From Zootoca vivipara (taxonomy: Eukaryota), in assembly GCF_963506605.1 (NCBI RefSeq), contig NC_083288.1, positions 25,234,001 through 25,298,000 on the forward strand: a DNA stretch of 64,000 nt, given 5' to 3'. Positions 1 through 11,570 of the stretch are shown here, in pieces. How positions within the stretch are numbered: position 1 is the stretch's first letter; each line of letters opens with the position of its first letter. The notes under the pieces were generated by a model. That model was not told the DNA's origin, did not search any database, and was given only the letters and a program-made list of their open reading frames with translations. The translations under genes were made by a program, and so were the position numbers.

Positions 1-191
1 AGCAGCTCACGGAAACGCCATTTACCTTCCCGCTTGGAGCGGTACCTATTTATCTACTTGCACTTTGAGGTGCTTTCGAACTGCTAGGTTGGCAGGCGCT
101 GGGACTGAACAACGGGAGTTCACCCCATCGCAGGGATTCGAACTGCTGACCTTCTGATCGGCAAGCCCTAGGCTCTGTGGTTTAATCCACA
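1..191 (-). mobile_element. Sauria SINE, 5' part (continues beyond window edge)
   Basis: Reverse complement has the tRNA-like head (GGCTTGCCGATCAGAAGGTCAGCAGTTCGAATCCC) and body (GCAGTTCGAAAGCAC...GTAGATAAATAGGTACC). Same family as 31748-32089 and 53689-54035. Confidence 0.85.
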
Positions 192-1008
192 TCTGTAGTA
201 AATTACAAACAGAACTGGAAGTGTCTGAGCACCTCTTCATGGTCACACCAGAGGATGAGGACGACATGCAAGCCCGAGATTCTCCTTGGCTTGTTCATAT
301 AATGATAAACCATAGTTCGCTGTTCCATCCGAGTGGGACCACAGTGAAAATTAAACTAGTTTCAGATTTAATTTCCTAATACAGTTACACCTTCAGACCA
401 TGTTGCCCTCTAGATCCTGAAACCTGAGACCTAAGTAGACGCTGTCCACTGGTTGTCATTCTTGGTTTCATAACATTAAGGACTAAAAGCTTTCTTTTTA
501 GGGAAAAATAATTATATATATATATGAGAGAGACTTTGAATTGTTCTATATTACTGAATTTTGTGTTACCACTTCCCTCTAGTTTTCTGGGCTTCCCTCT
601 CTTTTGGCTGTTGCTCTTTTGGCTCCTCTGTTTTAATAAAAAAAATTTCTTTTCAAAACCCAGTTGACATTTTAATGGTAATTTTAGTTCTCTTTTCTTG
701 TATGGTACAAGCTTTGGAATTAAGTTTGCACAGCACTTAAAAAAAAAAACCTGCTGCAAAGCTTTTACGGCTGGGATCTGTTTTGTTTAATTTTGTAACA
801 TACCATGTGGATTAATGATGAACTATAAACAGCAGTGATCATCATTAATACTCCTGCGTGACTTCTGGAGTTTTCCAGCTGAACCACAGAAGATTTGGTT
901 TCTCTGTTTGGACATGACAACTTTATGTCGGCGTAAGCTGTGGAAACTCTCCTCCCCACAAAGGCCATGGATGGAATGCAAAGATGGGTGACTTTGTGAG
1001 TAGCTGTA

Positions 1009-2192
1009 GTAGTTGGAGGAAGGGAACGCTGTGGATGTAGCCTATCTTGATTTCAGCAAGGCCTTTGACAAGGTGCCCCATGATATTCTTATAAAGAAGC
1101 TGGTAAAATGCGGGCTAGACAATGCTACCATTCAGTGGATTTGTAACTGGCTGACTGACCGAACCCAAAGGGTGCTTCATCAATGGCTCCTCCTCATCCT
1201 GGAGAGTAGTGACTAGTGGGGTGCCACAGGGTTCTCTCTTGGGCCCAGCCTTATTCAACATCTTTATCAATGACTTGGATGATGGGCTTGAGGGCATCCT
1301 GAGCAAGTTTGCAGATGACACCAAATTGGGAGGGGTGGCTAATACCCCAGAGGACAGGATCACACTTCAAAATGACCTTAACAGATTAGACAACTGGGCC
1401 AAAGCAAACAAGATAAATTTTAACAAGGAGAAATGTAAAGTACTGCACTTGGGCAAAAAAGAAAGAAAGGCACAAATACAGGATTGGAGACACCTGGCTT
1501 GAGAGCAGTACATGTGAAAAGGATCTAGGAGTCTTGGTAGACCACAAACTTGACATGAGTCAACAGTGTGATGCAGCAGCTAAAAAAGCCGATGCAATTC
1601 TGGGCTGCATCAATAGGAGTATAGCATCCAGATCAAGGGAAGTAATAGCACCACTGTATTCTGCTCTGGTCAGACCTCACCTGGAGTACTGTGTCCAGTT
1701 CTGGGCACCACAGTTCGAGAAGGATACTGACAAGCTGGAACGTGTCCAGAAGAGGGCAACCAAAATGGTCAAAGGCCTGGAAACAATGCCTTATGAGGAA
1801 TGGCTTAGGGAGCTGGGTATGTTTAGCCTGGAGAAGAGAAGGTTAAGGGGTGATATGATAGCCATGTTCAAATATATAAAAGGATGTCATATAGAGGAGG
1901 GAGAAAGATTGTTTTCTGCTGCTCCAGAGAAGCAGACAGGGAGCAATGGATTCAAACTACAAGAAAGAAGATTCCACCTAAACATTGGGAAGAACTTCCT
2001 GACAGTAAGAGCTGTTCGACAGTGGAATTTGCTCCGAAGGAGTGTGGTAGAGTCTCCTTCTTTGGAGGTCTTTAAGCAGAGGCTTGACAGGCATATGTCA
2101 AGAATGCTTTGATTGTGTTTCCTGCTTGGCAGGGGGTTGGACTGGATGGCCCTTGTGGTCTCTTCCAACTTTATGATTCTATGATTCTATGA
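1009..2192 (+). mobile_element. CR1 LINE, 5'-truncated and frameshifted (RT C-terminal part and 3' UTR)
   Basis: Three broken ORFs give [33 protein letters not shown] and LYSALVRPHLEYCVQFW; ends in the CR1 (ATTCTATG)n tail. Confidence 0.95.
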
Positions 2193-2790
2193 ATCATGGT
2201 GTTGACATTGATAACTCTCAAAAGGTCATAGAAGATGGATATGAAGGACATGCCCATTGGTCCTCATGTTGTGAACTGGTTTGGGCAGATGGAACTGTGA
2301 GTAGGCCTAGCAGTTGCTAAGGCAACACTGTGAAGGATACCTTAGGAAGGACTGTAATAAACTGGGCCTTGAGTGGGCTGCTACGGGCAACTCCAGAATA
2401 CAGATAACTGAGAAATGATGCATTGTAAGCAATAGCAGTAGACATAGGCTGCTGCACCACTGGTTAGGCCTAGCGATTGCTAACACTGGAACAATTTAAT
2501 GGCTAAGATTGCTGTTTGGGGTAGCACCCCCCCCCCAGCCTAAATTGTTGGTAGGGGTGTAATTCACTGTGAAGGTGTGCATCGCCTGAATTGTTAGTTT
2601 GCCTTTGGCGTAGTCTCTTTCTAGTTGTGGTTGGCAACCTTTTGAGTACACTGTGGATGTTGATGGGACACATGGCCAGATTTAGGTTTGATGAGGCCCT
2701 AAGCTACTGAAGGTAATGGGGCGCTCTATATGTCCTGCTGTCCTTTGTCAACAACAAATTGTCACTGTTTTTTGTGTTGAATATATGCTA

Positions 2791-3403
2791 CTAGTGGTTT
2801 TCAGCCCGTTCAATAATGGGCGCTAGAATCCTAGGGTTCGGAGAAGTGCTTGCGCAGCGCTTCTCCGAACCCTGGGACCTGTCCTTGCTGTCGGTGGCAG
2901 GGGGACAGGAACGGAGGAGGAGAAAGCGCTGCTTTCTCCTCCTCCGTTTCTCTCCCGCAGCCGCCGACAGGAAGCAGACATCCCAGGGTTCGGAGAAGCG
3001 CTTGCGCAGCGCTTCTCCGAACCCTGGGACCTGTCCTTGCTGTCGGCGGCAGGGGGACAGGAACGGAGGAGGAGAAAGCGCTGCTTTCTCCTTCCTTCCT
3101 CTCCCCCAGCCGCCGACAGGAAGGACGCACGCACTCTCCCCCCCGCCTCCTCCAACCGCCGCTCCTCACGGCCAGGGAGGGTTGTGAGGAGGCCTTTGCC
3201 GGCCTCCACCCTCGCTTCCCTGACGTGCCCTGCAGTGAGGCGGTGTCCGGCGGGAGCGGCGGTTGGAGGAGGCAGAGTGGGGGGAGAGTGCGCGCGCGCA
3301 GTCTCTGCTGTCCAATCCCTGTATCCCTGGGGCACATGCGCAGTACCCCAGAGACACACGGGACAACTGGACGCAGGGACAACATGGACTTTATATATAT
3401 AGA
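2791..3403 (-). mobile_element. Non-autonomous Helitron A
   Basis: Minus strand starts TCTATATATATAAAG and ends GCCC-N10-GGGC hairpin then TGAAAACCA-CTAG; inserted between A and T with no TSD; GC/CpG-rich interior. Confidence 0.8.
2833..3125. repeat. Two ~152-bp tandem units made of nested hairpins, inside Helitron A
   Basis: Units start at 2833 and 2985. Each has an 18-bp stem AGGGTTCGGAGAAGYGCT/AGCGCTTCTCCGAACCCT and a GGAGGAGAAAGC/GCTTTCTCCTCC stem. Confidence 0.9.
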
Positions 3404-3470
3404 TATGTCCTAATAGGTCCATAAACAACACAAAACACTGTTGCTGTATGTAGGTTTTATTTGTTTTGTA

Positions 3471-3606
3471 CGAGCACCCCGAAACTTCGGCCCTCCAGAT
3501 GTTTTGGACTACAATTCCCATCATCCCTGACCATTGGTCCTATTAGCTAGGGATCATGGGAGTTGTAGGCCAAAACATCTGGAGCGCTGCAGTTTGGGGA
3601 TGCCTG
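3471..3606. mobile_element. Palindromic hAT-type MITE (~136 bp)
   Basis: Long TIRs (CCCTCCAGATGTTTTGGACTACAA / TTGTAGGCCAAAACATCTGGAG); near-matching 8-bp flanks TTTTTGTA/GTTTTGTA; same family as 52458-52593. Confidence 0.75.
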
Positions 3607-4487
3607 GTTTTGTATCTTATATTTTGGAAATGTACATCCCGTTGTTTTTTTCTTTAAAATTTTTTGGGGCCCCCAAGAGAGTGGGGCCCTAAGCTATAGC
3701 TTGTTTAGCTTATACGTGCACTGGTGGAAGGGGTGTGTCTTTTCTACACCCGTAGGCAAAGAGGGCCAACCATGCAACGGAAGATTGTGGTCTTTTTTTC
3801 AGTCTGATTCGAAAAGGGAGTGGGGAGTAATAGTTAAAGGGCACACTGCAAAATGGGTTTGACTTGGAAAATCCCCCTCCCACACCCTACACCCCCGTTG
3901 TTATTCAGATGGTTAATCAAAAGCTTGACTGACCAGATAAGACGTATGCTGCCCCTTTCAGCCTTGCCAAATCTGGCATGTTGGCAGGCTGCCACTGGGA
4001 AGCGCATGCCAGCAGTTGGTGCTCGTTCTGCTGAGCGATCTCGCCTGCCATCTCTCCAAAGCCCTTTCCCTCCATACCACCTCAGTCTTAGGGAAAAGCA
4101 CCTGCATATGCTGCGACTGCCAGTGAGCAGAGGTGAGGTCTGAGAAGAGTCTGTGTACATGTCCTTTTCCATCTGAGGCCGCAGAGGTCAGGCAGAGGTC
4201 ATTGCATCGACTGCAGCAATTTCTGCACATGGGGAGAGTGTGTGGCCACGGTGTCCGTTTCCTATCCAGAATGCCACCAACTGCCTCTTTTCTTTCTTGA
4301 ATTATTTACTCTGCTGCTGCTGCCGCCGCCGCCACAGAATGCAATATTATAGCATCCTTGCAATTCCTGAGAGTTCCCCACGTTTTGTGAGACGCCTTTG
4401 CAATAATAGTCTTTATTCTTCATGAGAGTGTATATACATTTCCCAGATTGAATTTCTTTCCTTTTCTTCTTCTTTTTTAAATTGCAG

Positions 4488-4570
4488 ACGCACTTCTTGA
4501 GCAAGCCATGATTGGCCCATCGCCAAACCCACTGCTCCTGTCCTATCTGAAGTATGCCATTAGTTCCCAG
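4488..4570 (+). CDS. MED24: MED24 coding exon (first in window): ALLEQAMIGPSPNPLLLSYLKYAISSQ
   Basis: Pyrimidine tract + TTGCAG acceptor, GTAATA donor; peptide matches the MED24 N-terminus. Confidence 0.95.
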
Positions 4571-5631
4571 GTAATAATCCCACCGTAGACCCTTTTATCT
4601 TCAGTGTGTGTGAACACATTAATGGGTGAATTATTTAGTTAGGAAATCTGTACGTTTTTTAAAAAAATTGTGGGTTTTTTTACAGAACCATGACCTAAGT
4701 AACTCGACAAAGTTTTCCTGCTTTTTTCCTTTCTGAAGTACTTGACCACTTTTTTTATAATGCAGAATTTTTATGAAATAAATAAATATTTTTTTATTTT
4801 GCATGATTCTGTAGTTCTTACTTGTTTGCATAATTTATTCTGGTTTTGCTAAATTGTAGGGAAGGTGATATGCAGGGCATTGAAACTCTACCCCAAACCA
4901 CTGGAAATCTTATTAAGTGCCTTTTCTAGATTATGAAATTTCAAAATACTGTAAGTTACCCACACACTTCCGGGCACATCTTTGCAACCACAAGTGCTAG
5001 ACACTTGCTTTTTTAAAAAAGCAAAACATGTGCATCTGAAGAAGCAGAATTCTGTGCCAGTGTAGTCTTGAATGTTACATTTTTGGTTTAGGAGTTCAAG
5101 GGTTGTTACAAGCCGTTGGACCAATTAGAAAGAAAAATAAGTGAATGTTTACTAAGCAGTTGCTACTAAAGGCCCCGTGGGTCTGAAAGAGAATCTTGGG
5201 ATATCTTGTTCACCTTACTACGCCAAGTTGATACTGACAGTGCATTTTCCCACATAGCAATTTCCCCAAGATGAAAATGACAAATGGCCTTTCCCCTCTC
5301 TTCCTCTTACTACCAGAGGTGCTTGGCTCTGTGCATACAAGATGCTTGCAAGACCCCTTGCCACAGAGAGAAGCTTTTCAGTTGCTTTTTAACTTCTTTC
5401 CTCCTCTACTTGCTCACTGTAAAGTTGATGTGAAGCAAATATGCCATCACCTAAAAATGTCTGTTTAAATTTGTGCCAGACCAGTGCTTGAGCAACAAGC
5501 TGCGTCGCTGTTAAGTGACCTTGTCGCCCCCCCTCGGCAGTCGAAATGGCAAGGCTTGTTTGTGGATTGGTTTGTTTAAATGTTATCTTTGGCTTGTAAC
5601 CATTTCTCTCTCTCGTTTGTATTGTTTACAG

Positions 5632-5670
5632 ATGGTGTCCTATTCTTCAGTTCTGATGGCCATCAGCAAG
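5632..5670 (+). CDS. MED24: MED24 exon: MVSYSSVLMAISK
   Basis: TTACAG acceptor, GTAGCA donor; 39 nt, frame continuous. Confidence 0.93.
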
Positions 5671-7320
5671 GTAGCATTCAAGCATTTCTCTCTCCACCTT
5701 TACCTAAATCCTGAGCACCGCTTTTCCCCCTAATATCCCTTGATAGAAGGCATCAGTCAATACTGAGGGATTGTGGGAACCTCACTGCAGCATTATGTAT
5801 GATATACAACCAGCAGCTTTTGTAAGCTCAGGAGAGAAGCACAGCAATGGCGTGTTTCTACCCCTCATCGTTATGTTCAAAATGTAGTTACTATTGATGG
5901 CTGAAAGCTGTCAGAATATACGTTGCAGGTTTTGCTAAACTGAACTTTTGAGAGGAGATGAGGCTTGTTTGCATTCTAGCGTTCTCTGAGTTTATCCCTG
6001 CCTTCTTTTTCAGACATGTACCTTTCCTTTCTTTCCTAGTCCTTCACAAGTGAATCAGTATACGCTTCACAATATGGTAGAAAATAAAATAGAAACAGCG
6101 TGGTTTGTTGCTATTTCAGAATCCAGGGTTCTTTACAGAATTTGAGATTTTAAAAGACTTACAAAGCCCTTTCTAAACTGGAGGGGGGAAAAGATCATGA
6201 TGTTTAACAGGCAGCAGATCTGCATACAGCCCTCCTGAGCCTCTCAAATGGTAGTCTTGCTCACCCCCTACTTGAGATCCATTAACTGCAGCTACCAGGA
6301 GTTGAACTTGAACTCTCATATATAAAAGCATCCTCTTCACTGCTGGGCTTCCAACCCTGTATAAGTGTAGGCTGAGTAGAGGTTAGCAGACAAAAGCCAA
6401 CAGAAATCCAAACGGATGGAATATACAATATTTTTCCTTTAGGGTTTCTTTGCAGAGTTTCTTTCCTCAGTTACTAAAGTATTTGCAAAGTGGGCCTAGT
6501 TTAAAAATGTACGCCCCAGAGGGTGTTTGCCATGAACCCCCCTCTTGCCCCCTCTCCCCTCATTTTGCACCAGGAAGACTCAAAATCACTTCTGGATTTC
6601 TTTAACGGATAGCCAGGGCAAAATGCAATCCAAACCAAAACCAAGGTGCTGATAGTTGGTGATTCAGTGGATTGGGGAGTTGATGTTTTGCCCATTCTGG
6701 ATTGAGTTGCACTCTCACTTAAGGAGCAGGTTTGTAACTTGGGGGTGGGGGGTGTTCTGTTACATCCAGCCCCCTCCTTAGACGCTTGAATTGCATACAT
6801 GGGACGAAGCGGCTTTTCATCAGCTAGGCGTACTAATTATGGCCCCTTCTAGGCAGAGATGGCCTTGGTGCAATTATCATTGCTCTTCTAACAGACAGGT
6901 TGGGCTATATGAGGTGCTGCAACTGGTTCAGAACATCGCTGGAGTTAAATAATTCTGAAATAATTCTGAAACTCCAGTACTGATTCTAAAAAATGTGCTG
7001 GTCCTGGTGCACTGCTGGACTCAATTTGAGGAACTGAGCTTAATTGCACTACCGGTAGTTGTTTATTTTATTTATTTCATAAAAAAAATGGTATGGCACT
7101 TGATTGTAAGAAAAAAACCTGTACAGTACTGTATTTTTGGACTGTACCACTTCAAATGGAAGGGAATTAACAAAAACCTATGTAGGAAGAAAATGAGGAT
7201 CTCCAGGTCTTATCCTAGCCATTTCCTCAGTGTGTCAGTTTACTATATAAAGTGTGAGGTTGATGTAATTTTAAAAACACTGTCCCACAACTCTGCTCTA
7301 GAGTTGTACGGTCTTTGACC

Positions 7321-7697
7321 TAGGCCTGGTCTATATCATTCAAAACAGTTTGAAGTTCGTATCATGATATTGGTTTCATATTTTTTGACCTGGCAGTATA
7401 TTGCAAATTGTGTGTGTATGTGCTATGCAAAAATCTAAATGTGGGAGAAACCATGAAGCCAGCCAAAATCTCTACATAGCTCCATGCTTATTTCAGACAT
7501 TGTGATATATCAGTATATCACGGTGTTTAGCTGGTGATATATTACAAAGCTGAAAACCAGACATCGCCCAACCCTACTGTTCACTTCTACATACTGAAGT
7601 TCCATCCATGTTTCAGACATTGTGATATATTGGTTTATCACGATGTTTACCTGGTGATATATTGCAATTTGTATTGAAAACCAGATATCACCCAGCT
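7321..7697. mobile_element. Degenerate hAT-like MITE with duplicated 3' segment
   Basis: TAGGCCTGG...CGCCCAACCCTA termini; TTTCAGACATTGTGATATAT...TGAAAACCAGA occurs at about 7490-7570 and again at 7610-7695. Confidence 0.45.
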
Positions 7698-8067
7698 GTG
7701 ACTCTTAGCTATGTTTCTAAGACTAGGTGTGCACTTCCAGCTCACAGTTCCTTTCATTTCACGCTTTGATTTCTCTCTTCTCCTAGAATGTGTGAAGAGC
7801 CTTATAAATCAGACCAAAAGCCCATATAGCCCAGTATCCTGTTCTTGTCGTGGGCAGACAGGTGCCTATGGGAACCCTGCACACCAGACCTGAGCACAAT
7901 GGCGCTCCCAGCTTGCGATTCCAAGCAACTGGCAGTACACAGCCATCATGGCTGGTAGCTTTACAAGCCGTGAATTTGTCTTCATTCCCTTTTGAAGCCA
8001 CCCCAATTCCGTGTTTTGCATGCTTTTCCTTTGACACCAGCTCTTGCTTTTGTTTTACCTGTTTCAG

Positions 8068-8141
8068 TTTGATGACTTCTCCCGTGACCTCTGTGTCCAG
8101 TCGTTGCTGGAAATCATGGATATGTTCTGTGACCGGCTCAG
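8068..8141 (+). CDS. MED24: MED24 exon: FDDFSRDLCVQSLLEIMDMFCDRLS
   Basis: TTTCAG acceptor, GTAGGG donor; 74 nt. Confidence 0.95.
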
Positions 8142-8329
8142 GTAGGGAGTGAGGGATACTTTTCAGTACACATGTATGTAGTGCGACATAATCCAGGGTG
8201 GGCAGAAGCTAAACAGTAATCAGCTAATGGACCACCTGGCACCGCTTGGTTGTTGGGTTTGTTGAAAAAGAATTACTGAGTAGGTGGGCCTTCATCTGAT
8301 CTGGCAAGGTTCTAAAATAAGAGCATGTA

Positions 8330-8680
8330 CCGTACTTTTCTGTGTACAAGACTAAAAGGGTGGGCGTTTGATTGGTTGCTGCCGCAGCTGTTACCAGCTA
8401 TTGTGCATGTTATTGGTTGCTGCGTCAATGGTTGGGGTTGATTGGTTGACGCTGCGGCAATTGGGCAGACGATTGGCAGCTTTTGCCGGTGAGGGGACAG
8501 ATGAGAAGTGGACTTTGCGACGTGCTGGTGAGTGATTTTCAGCAATGCAACCCTAAAAAAATCTCAGCAACCCTGGGTAATCCCCCCAAAAGCTCAACAA
8601 CTCTGTGCCATCTCCCCCCATTTTCTTAAATTTGAGTCCCCCCTTATACATGGGGGTGTCTTATACATGGAAAAGTACTG
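8330..8680. mobile_element. Tc1/mariner-type MITE
   Basis: TA-flanked imperfect TIRs CCGTACTTTTCTGTGTACAAGAC / GTCTTATACATGGAAAAGTACTG; internal GATTGGTTG repeats. Confidence 0.7.
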
Positions 8681-8964
8681 TACTCTGTTTTGCTGAACTG
8701 TGCCTTGACTGTTAGATCCTAAGTGTGCACTCCTGCATTGTAAATTGGATCATGGTAATTCTAGCTTTTAGGGGAAAAAAGCTCCTACAAGACTGAAATA
8801 GACCCACAACAGACATAAACAACAACTAACAGCCACCAACTACATCTCCTAATAATTAAAGCAGAACTAATTTACATTGGACATACAGTATACTTGCCTG
8901 TGTAAGAACATGAAAGTGTAATGAGAGGTTTCTTCACCCAACAAAATGCTTACCAGAAAAAGAT

Positions 8965-9400
8965 TAGAGAAGGGGAAGACTACGCTGAAATGGCAAAACT
9001 GACCAGAAAGCTCAAGGACCAAGAAGACAAGAAATTCAAGAAAGAATGGGAAACGTTTATAATTTATTTAGGAGACCACTGTAAGCTGATGAAGACACTG
9101 GCAGAGTTTTAATCTCCCTTGTAATGTAACAAATACTATGGATGATATGGATAGGTTTGAAATATAGATTATGAAATACTATGCAGTTGAAAATGTTGAC
9201 AATAAGACCCATGGAGGGGATGGGGAGAAGTCTTGAGATTCAGAGTAATATCTTTATATGGTTGTGTATTTGGTATGGTTATAAATTTATGCTCCATGGG
9301 GTCACGAAGAGTCGGACACGACTAAACAACAAAACAACAACAACAACAATTTTATCTCTGTAAAGTCAAAAATGATTTCAAAAAAAAGAAAAGAAAAAAG
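8965..9400 (+). mobile_element. L1-like LINE 3' remnant with a short BovB tail (~9290-9349) inserted
   Basis: DYAEMAKLT...FKKEWETFIIYL resembles the reptile L1 ORF2 C-terminus; A-rich end. GGGGTCACGAAGAGTCGGACACGACT(AAC)n matches the BovB tail at 48651. Confidence 0.6.
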
Positions 9401-10971
9401 AACATGAAAGTGTATTGCTAGATTAGACCAAGTTCTGGCTAGTCCAGAGTGTCTTTAGAGTATGTTCTTGATATAGCATCTTGGAAACAATGGGGCTGTG
9501 TGCCATGCTAGTCCTACTCAGAGCAAATCTATTGAAAATAATGAACCAAAGTTCATCTTGTCCATTAACTTCAGCGGATCTATTCTGAGTATGACCAACG
9601 TTGGATACCACCCTATGATGGCATACTAGAGTGAAGGTGGTTTCTTAGGTAGGTTAGCCGCAAAAGTCCTTGTAGCTCAAAATCAGCTACTAGACTTGTG
9701 ATGTAAAGCTATGGGGAGCCACAGGAAAGCTTTTTAGCCTATATAACATGCTGTATGACAGTATTAAATGTGACAATGTGCTACTTTTTAAATATAGATT
9801 CATCAAGAGCCTTATCCAGTGGCCGTAAGTAGCTAGGGACAGAGTTTGTACAGGACACGCATATGCATGCACACAAAATACAGTGTGTTGGAGTTTGGCG
9901 GAGGAAGAGCCCTTAGAATGAAAAGACCTAAATTGGCAGCAATATGTGCTTAAACCCCTGAGTTGCATGCAGTGACTGATATTGCAAATGTTATATTCGC
10001 CACCGTGAGTACAAGAAATGCGCTTTTTAAAATGTGCAGACTGATGTATCAGTAAAAGAACACAAGAATTGTCAGGAAACCCAGTTCTGCCCTCTGTACA
10101 GGAGAACCACAGTTTTTCATGGAACTCTTATATCTTTGGTTTTACCAAAGAATAAAACGCCTGTCTTTCTAAAATCTTGACAAAGCCTGTGATATTTTTT
10201 TCTATAAGAGCCCTTAGTTTATTTAGAGCTAACAGGTGAGTACAATGGAGCAGACTGAAATAGGAGGAAGCAGGAACTCTCCCTTCCTACAAGAAAACAG
10301 AAACAATGAATATTAACCTGTCACCAGAATGGTGATAAACAGCTGTTCTCAGCCGTATACAAAGCCGACGACTTAATCCTCTCCCTGGTTAATTCAATCT
10401 TCTGTTTTTCAATTTGATCAAAACCCTTCAGGTCTGGGATTATTTGTTCCTATTGCAGTAGTGCTTGTCCCGTTGAGAGGGTTTCTTCCTCAATCCTCGT
10501 TTGCTTTCTGAGCCAGGCCACTTTAATCATAGGCTTGGATAATTTTCCTTTCCCCTTTTTTAATTTGTTTAAACAAAGGCAAGTACTGTGGCGATTGTGA
10601 ATGTGACAGTGTACCCAGCAGTGCCACAGGGTGCAAGCTCCAGATGCTTGATTTCTTCCAGTCATCAATTCTGGCGTCCCAGGATGATAGGAGAAATCCC
10701 CCATTATCCTCTCCCTTCCTGGGGTTGCTGTGAAGCCCCAGTAAAACAGTATTGGGCAGAGATGCTTGCAAGCTTAAGGAGGTTGGGCAACAGAGTTTTG
10801 TGACTTGAGCCATTCTTTGAGCCCCTACATTCTCCAAGTATTGCTGTGGGATTGCAGTAAGGATACGCCACATTATCGTGAATATTCAACTAGCTTTACG
10901 TACATATTATCTCAGTGATTCTTAAAATAGTCCTGTAAGGTAGGTGAGTGTCATTACACTTATATTGCAGA

Positions 10972-11570
10972 CTAGCTGGCCCTGCCACGCGTTGCTGTGG
11001 CTGATCCCTGTGACTGCCACCACCCTGTGTCGATCCATGACGTATCCCACCCCCGGCTTTCCCCTGTGATTCCCCCCAACCTGTCTCGTCCCCTCTTCCT
11101 CCCCACCCCCCACACAGACGAGTCAGTACCTTCATTCGGCCTAGTCTGTAAAGGCTTCGGCCTAGTATGTAAACCATTCGGTCTAGTCTGTAAAGGCTTC
11201 GGCCTAGTATGTAAACCATTCGGTCTAGTCTGTAAAGGATTCGGCCTAGTATGTAAACGGCAGCCAAGGTGCTGTTGAGAGGGAAGGTTCTATCGGTGCA
11301 GTACCAGTGTAGCCGCCGCTAGAGGCCACTGGTTTGCAACCTGGTTCTTTTCCCAGCATGCACTTTTGGCTGAGTGGTGCGTTCTGGAACGGGGTTTTTT
11401 GGGTTTCACCTGGCGGAGGTGTGACATCTGTCTTTGAAAACTTTATAAGAGCCTTCGGACATTTGCTTTGGACGTTGTGTTCAAATTTGAACGGAATCGG
11501 TGAAGCGGTTTCGGATAAAAGTGGACACAAACCCCCACATGCCCTTTTTACATTTTTATATATATATAGA
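10972..11570 (-). mobile_element. Non-autonomous Helitron B
   Basis: Minus strand starts TCTATATATATATAAAAATG and ends GCCAC-N8-GTGGC hairpin then AGGGCCAG-CTAG; A|T insertion without TSD; the empty site restores a MIR-like ...TTGCAGATGGAGGGTTGAAGCTGAGA. Confidence 0.82.
11134..11259. repeat. Six 21-bp tandem units (alternating A/B, 42-bp higher order) inside Helitron B
   Basis: ATTCGGYCTAGTCTGTAAAGG alternates with CTTCGGCCTAGTATGTAAACC, three times. Confidence 0.95.

Larger units (their letters stand above)
2671..3723. mobile_element. Non-autonomous DNA transposon (hAT-like) hosting two nested insertions
   Basis: Degenerate termini CATGGCCAGATTTAGG...TATACGTGCACTG with GGCCCTAAGCTA subterminal repeats at both ends; interrupted by 2791-3403 and 3471-3606. 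Confidence 0.55.

Noticed and set aside
2816-3524. Six overlapping 66-233 aa ORFs, with CRISPR-like or CpG-island-promoter appearance
   Set aside because: All fall in the GC-rich palindromic interior of Helitron A. Repeat units are near-identical with no unique spacers, the DNA is eukaryotic and no cas genes are present.
1-4487. MED24 start exon (MKVVNLKQAILQAW...)
   Set aside because: Not found; it must lie upstream of the window.
5520-5542. CTCF-like GC motif
   Set aside because: Partial match within a C run; not distinguishable from chance.
10896-11278. Repetitive ORFs (VYILGRSLYRLDRM; FGLVCKG)
   Set aside because: Translations of the 21-bp minisatellite; no splice or homology support.
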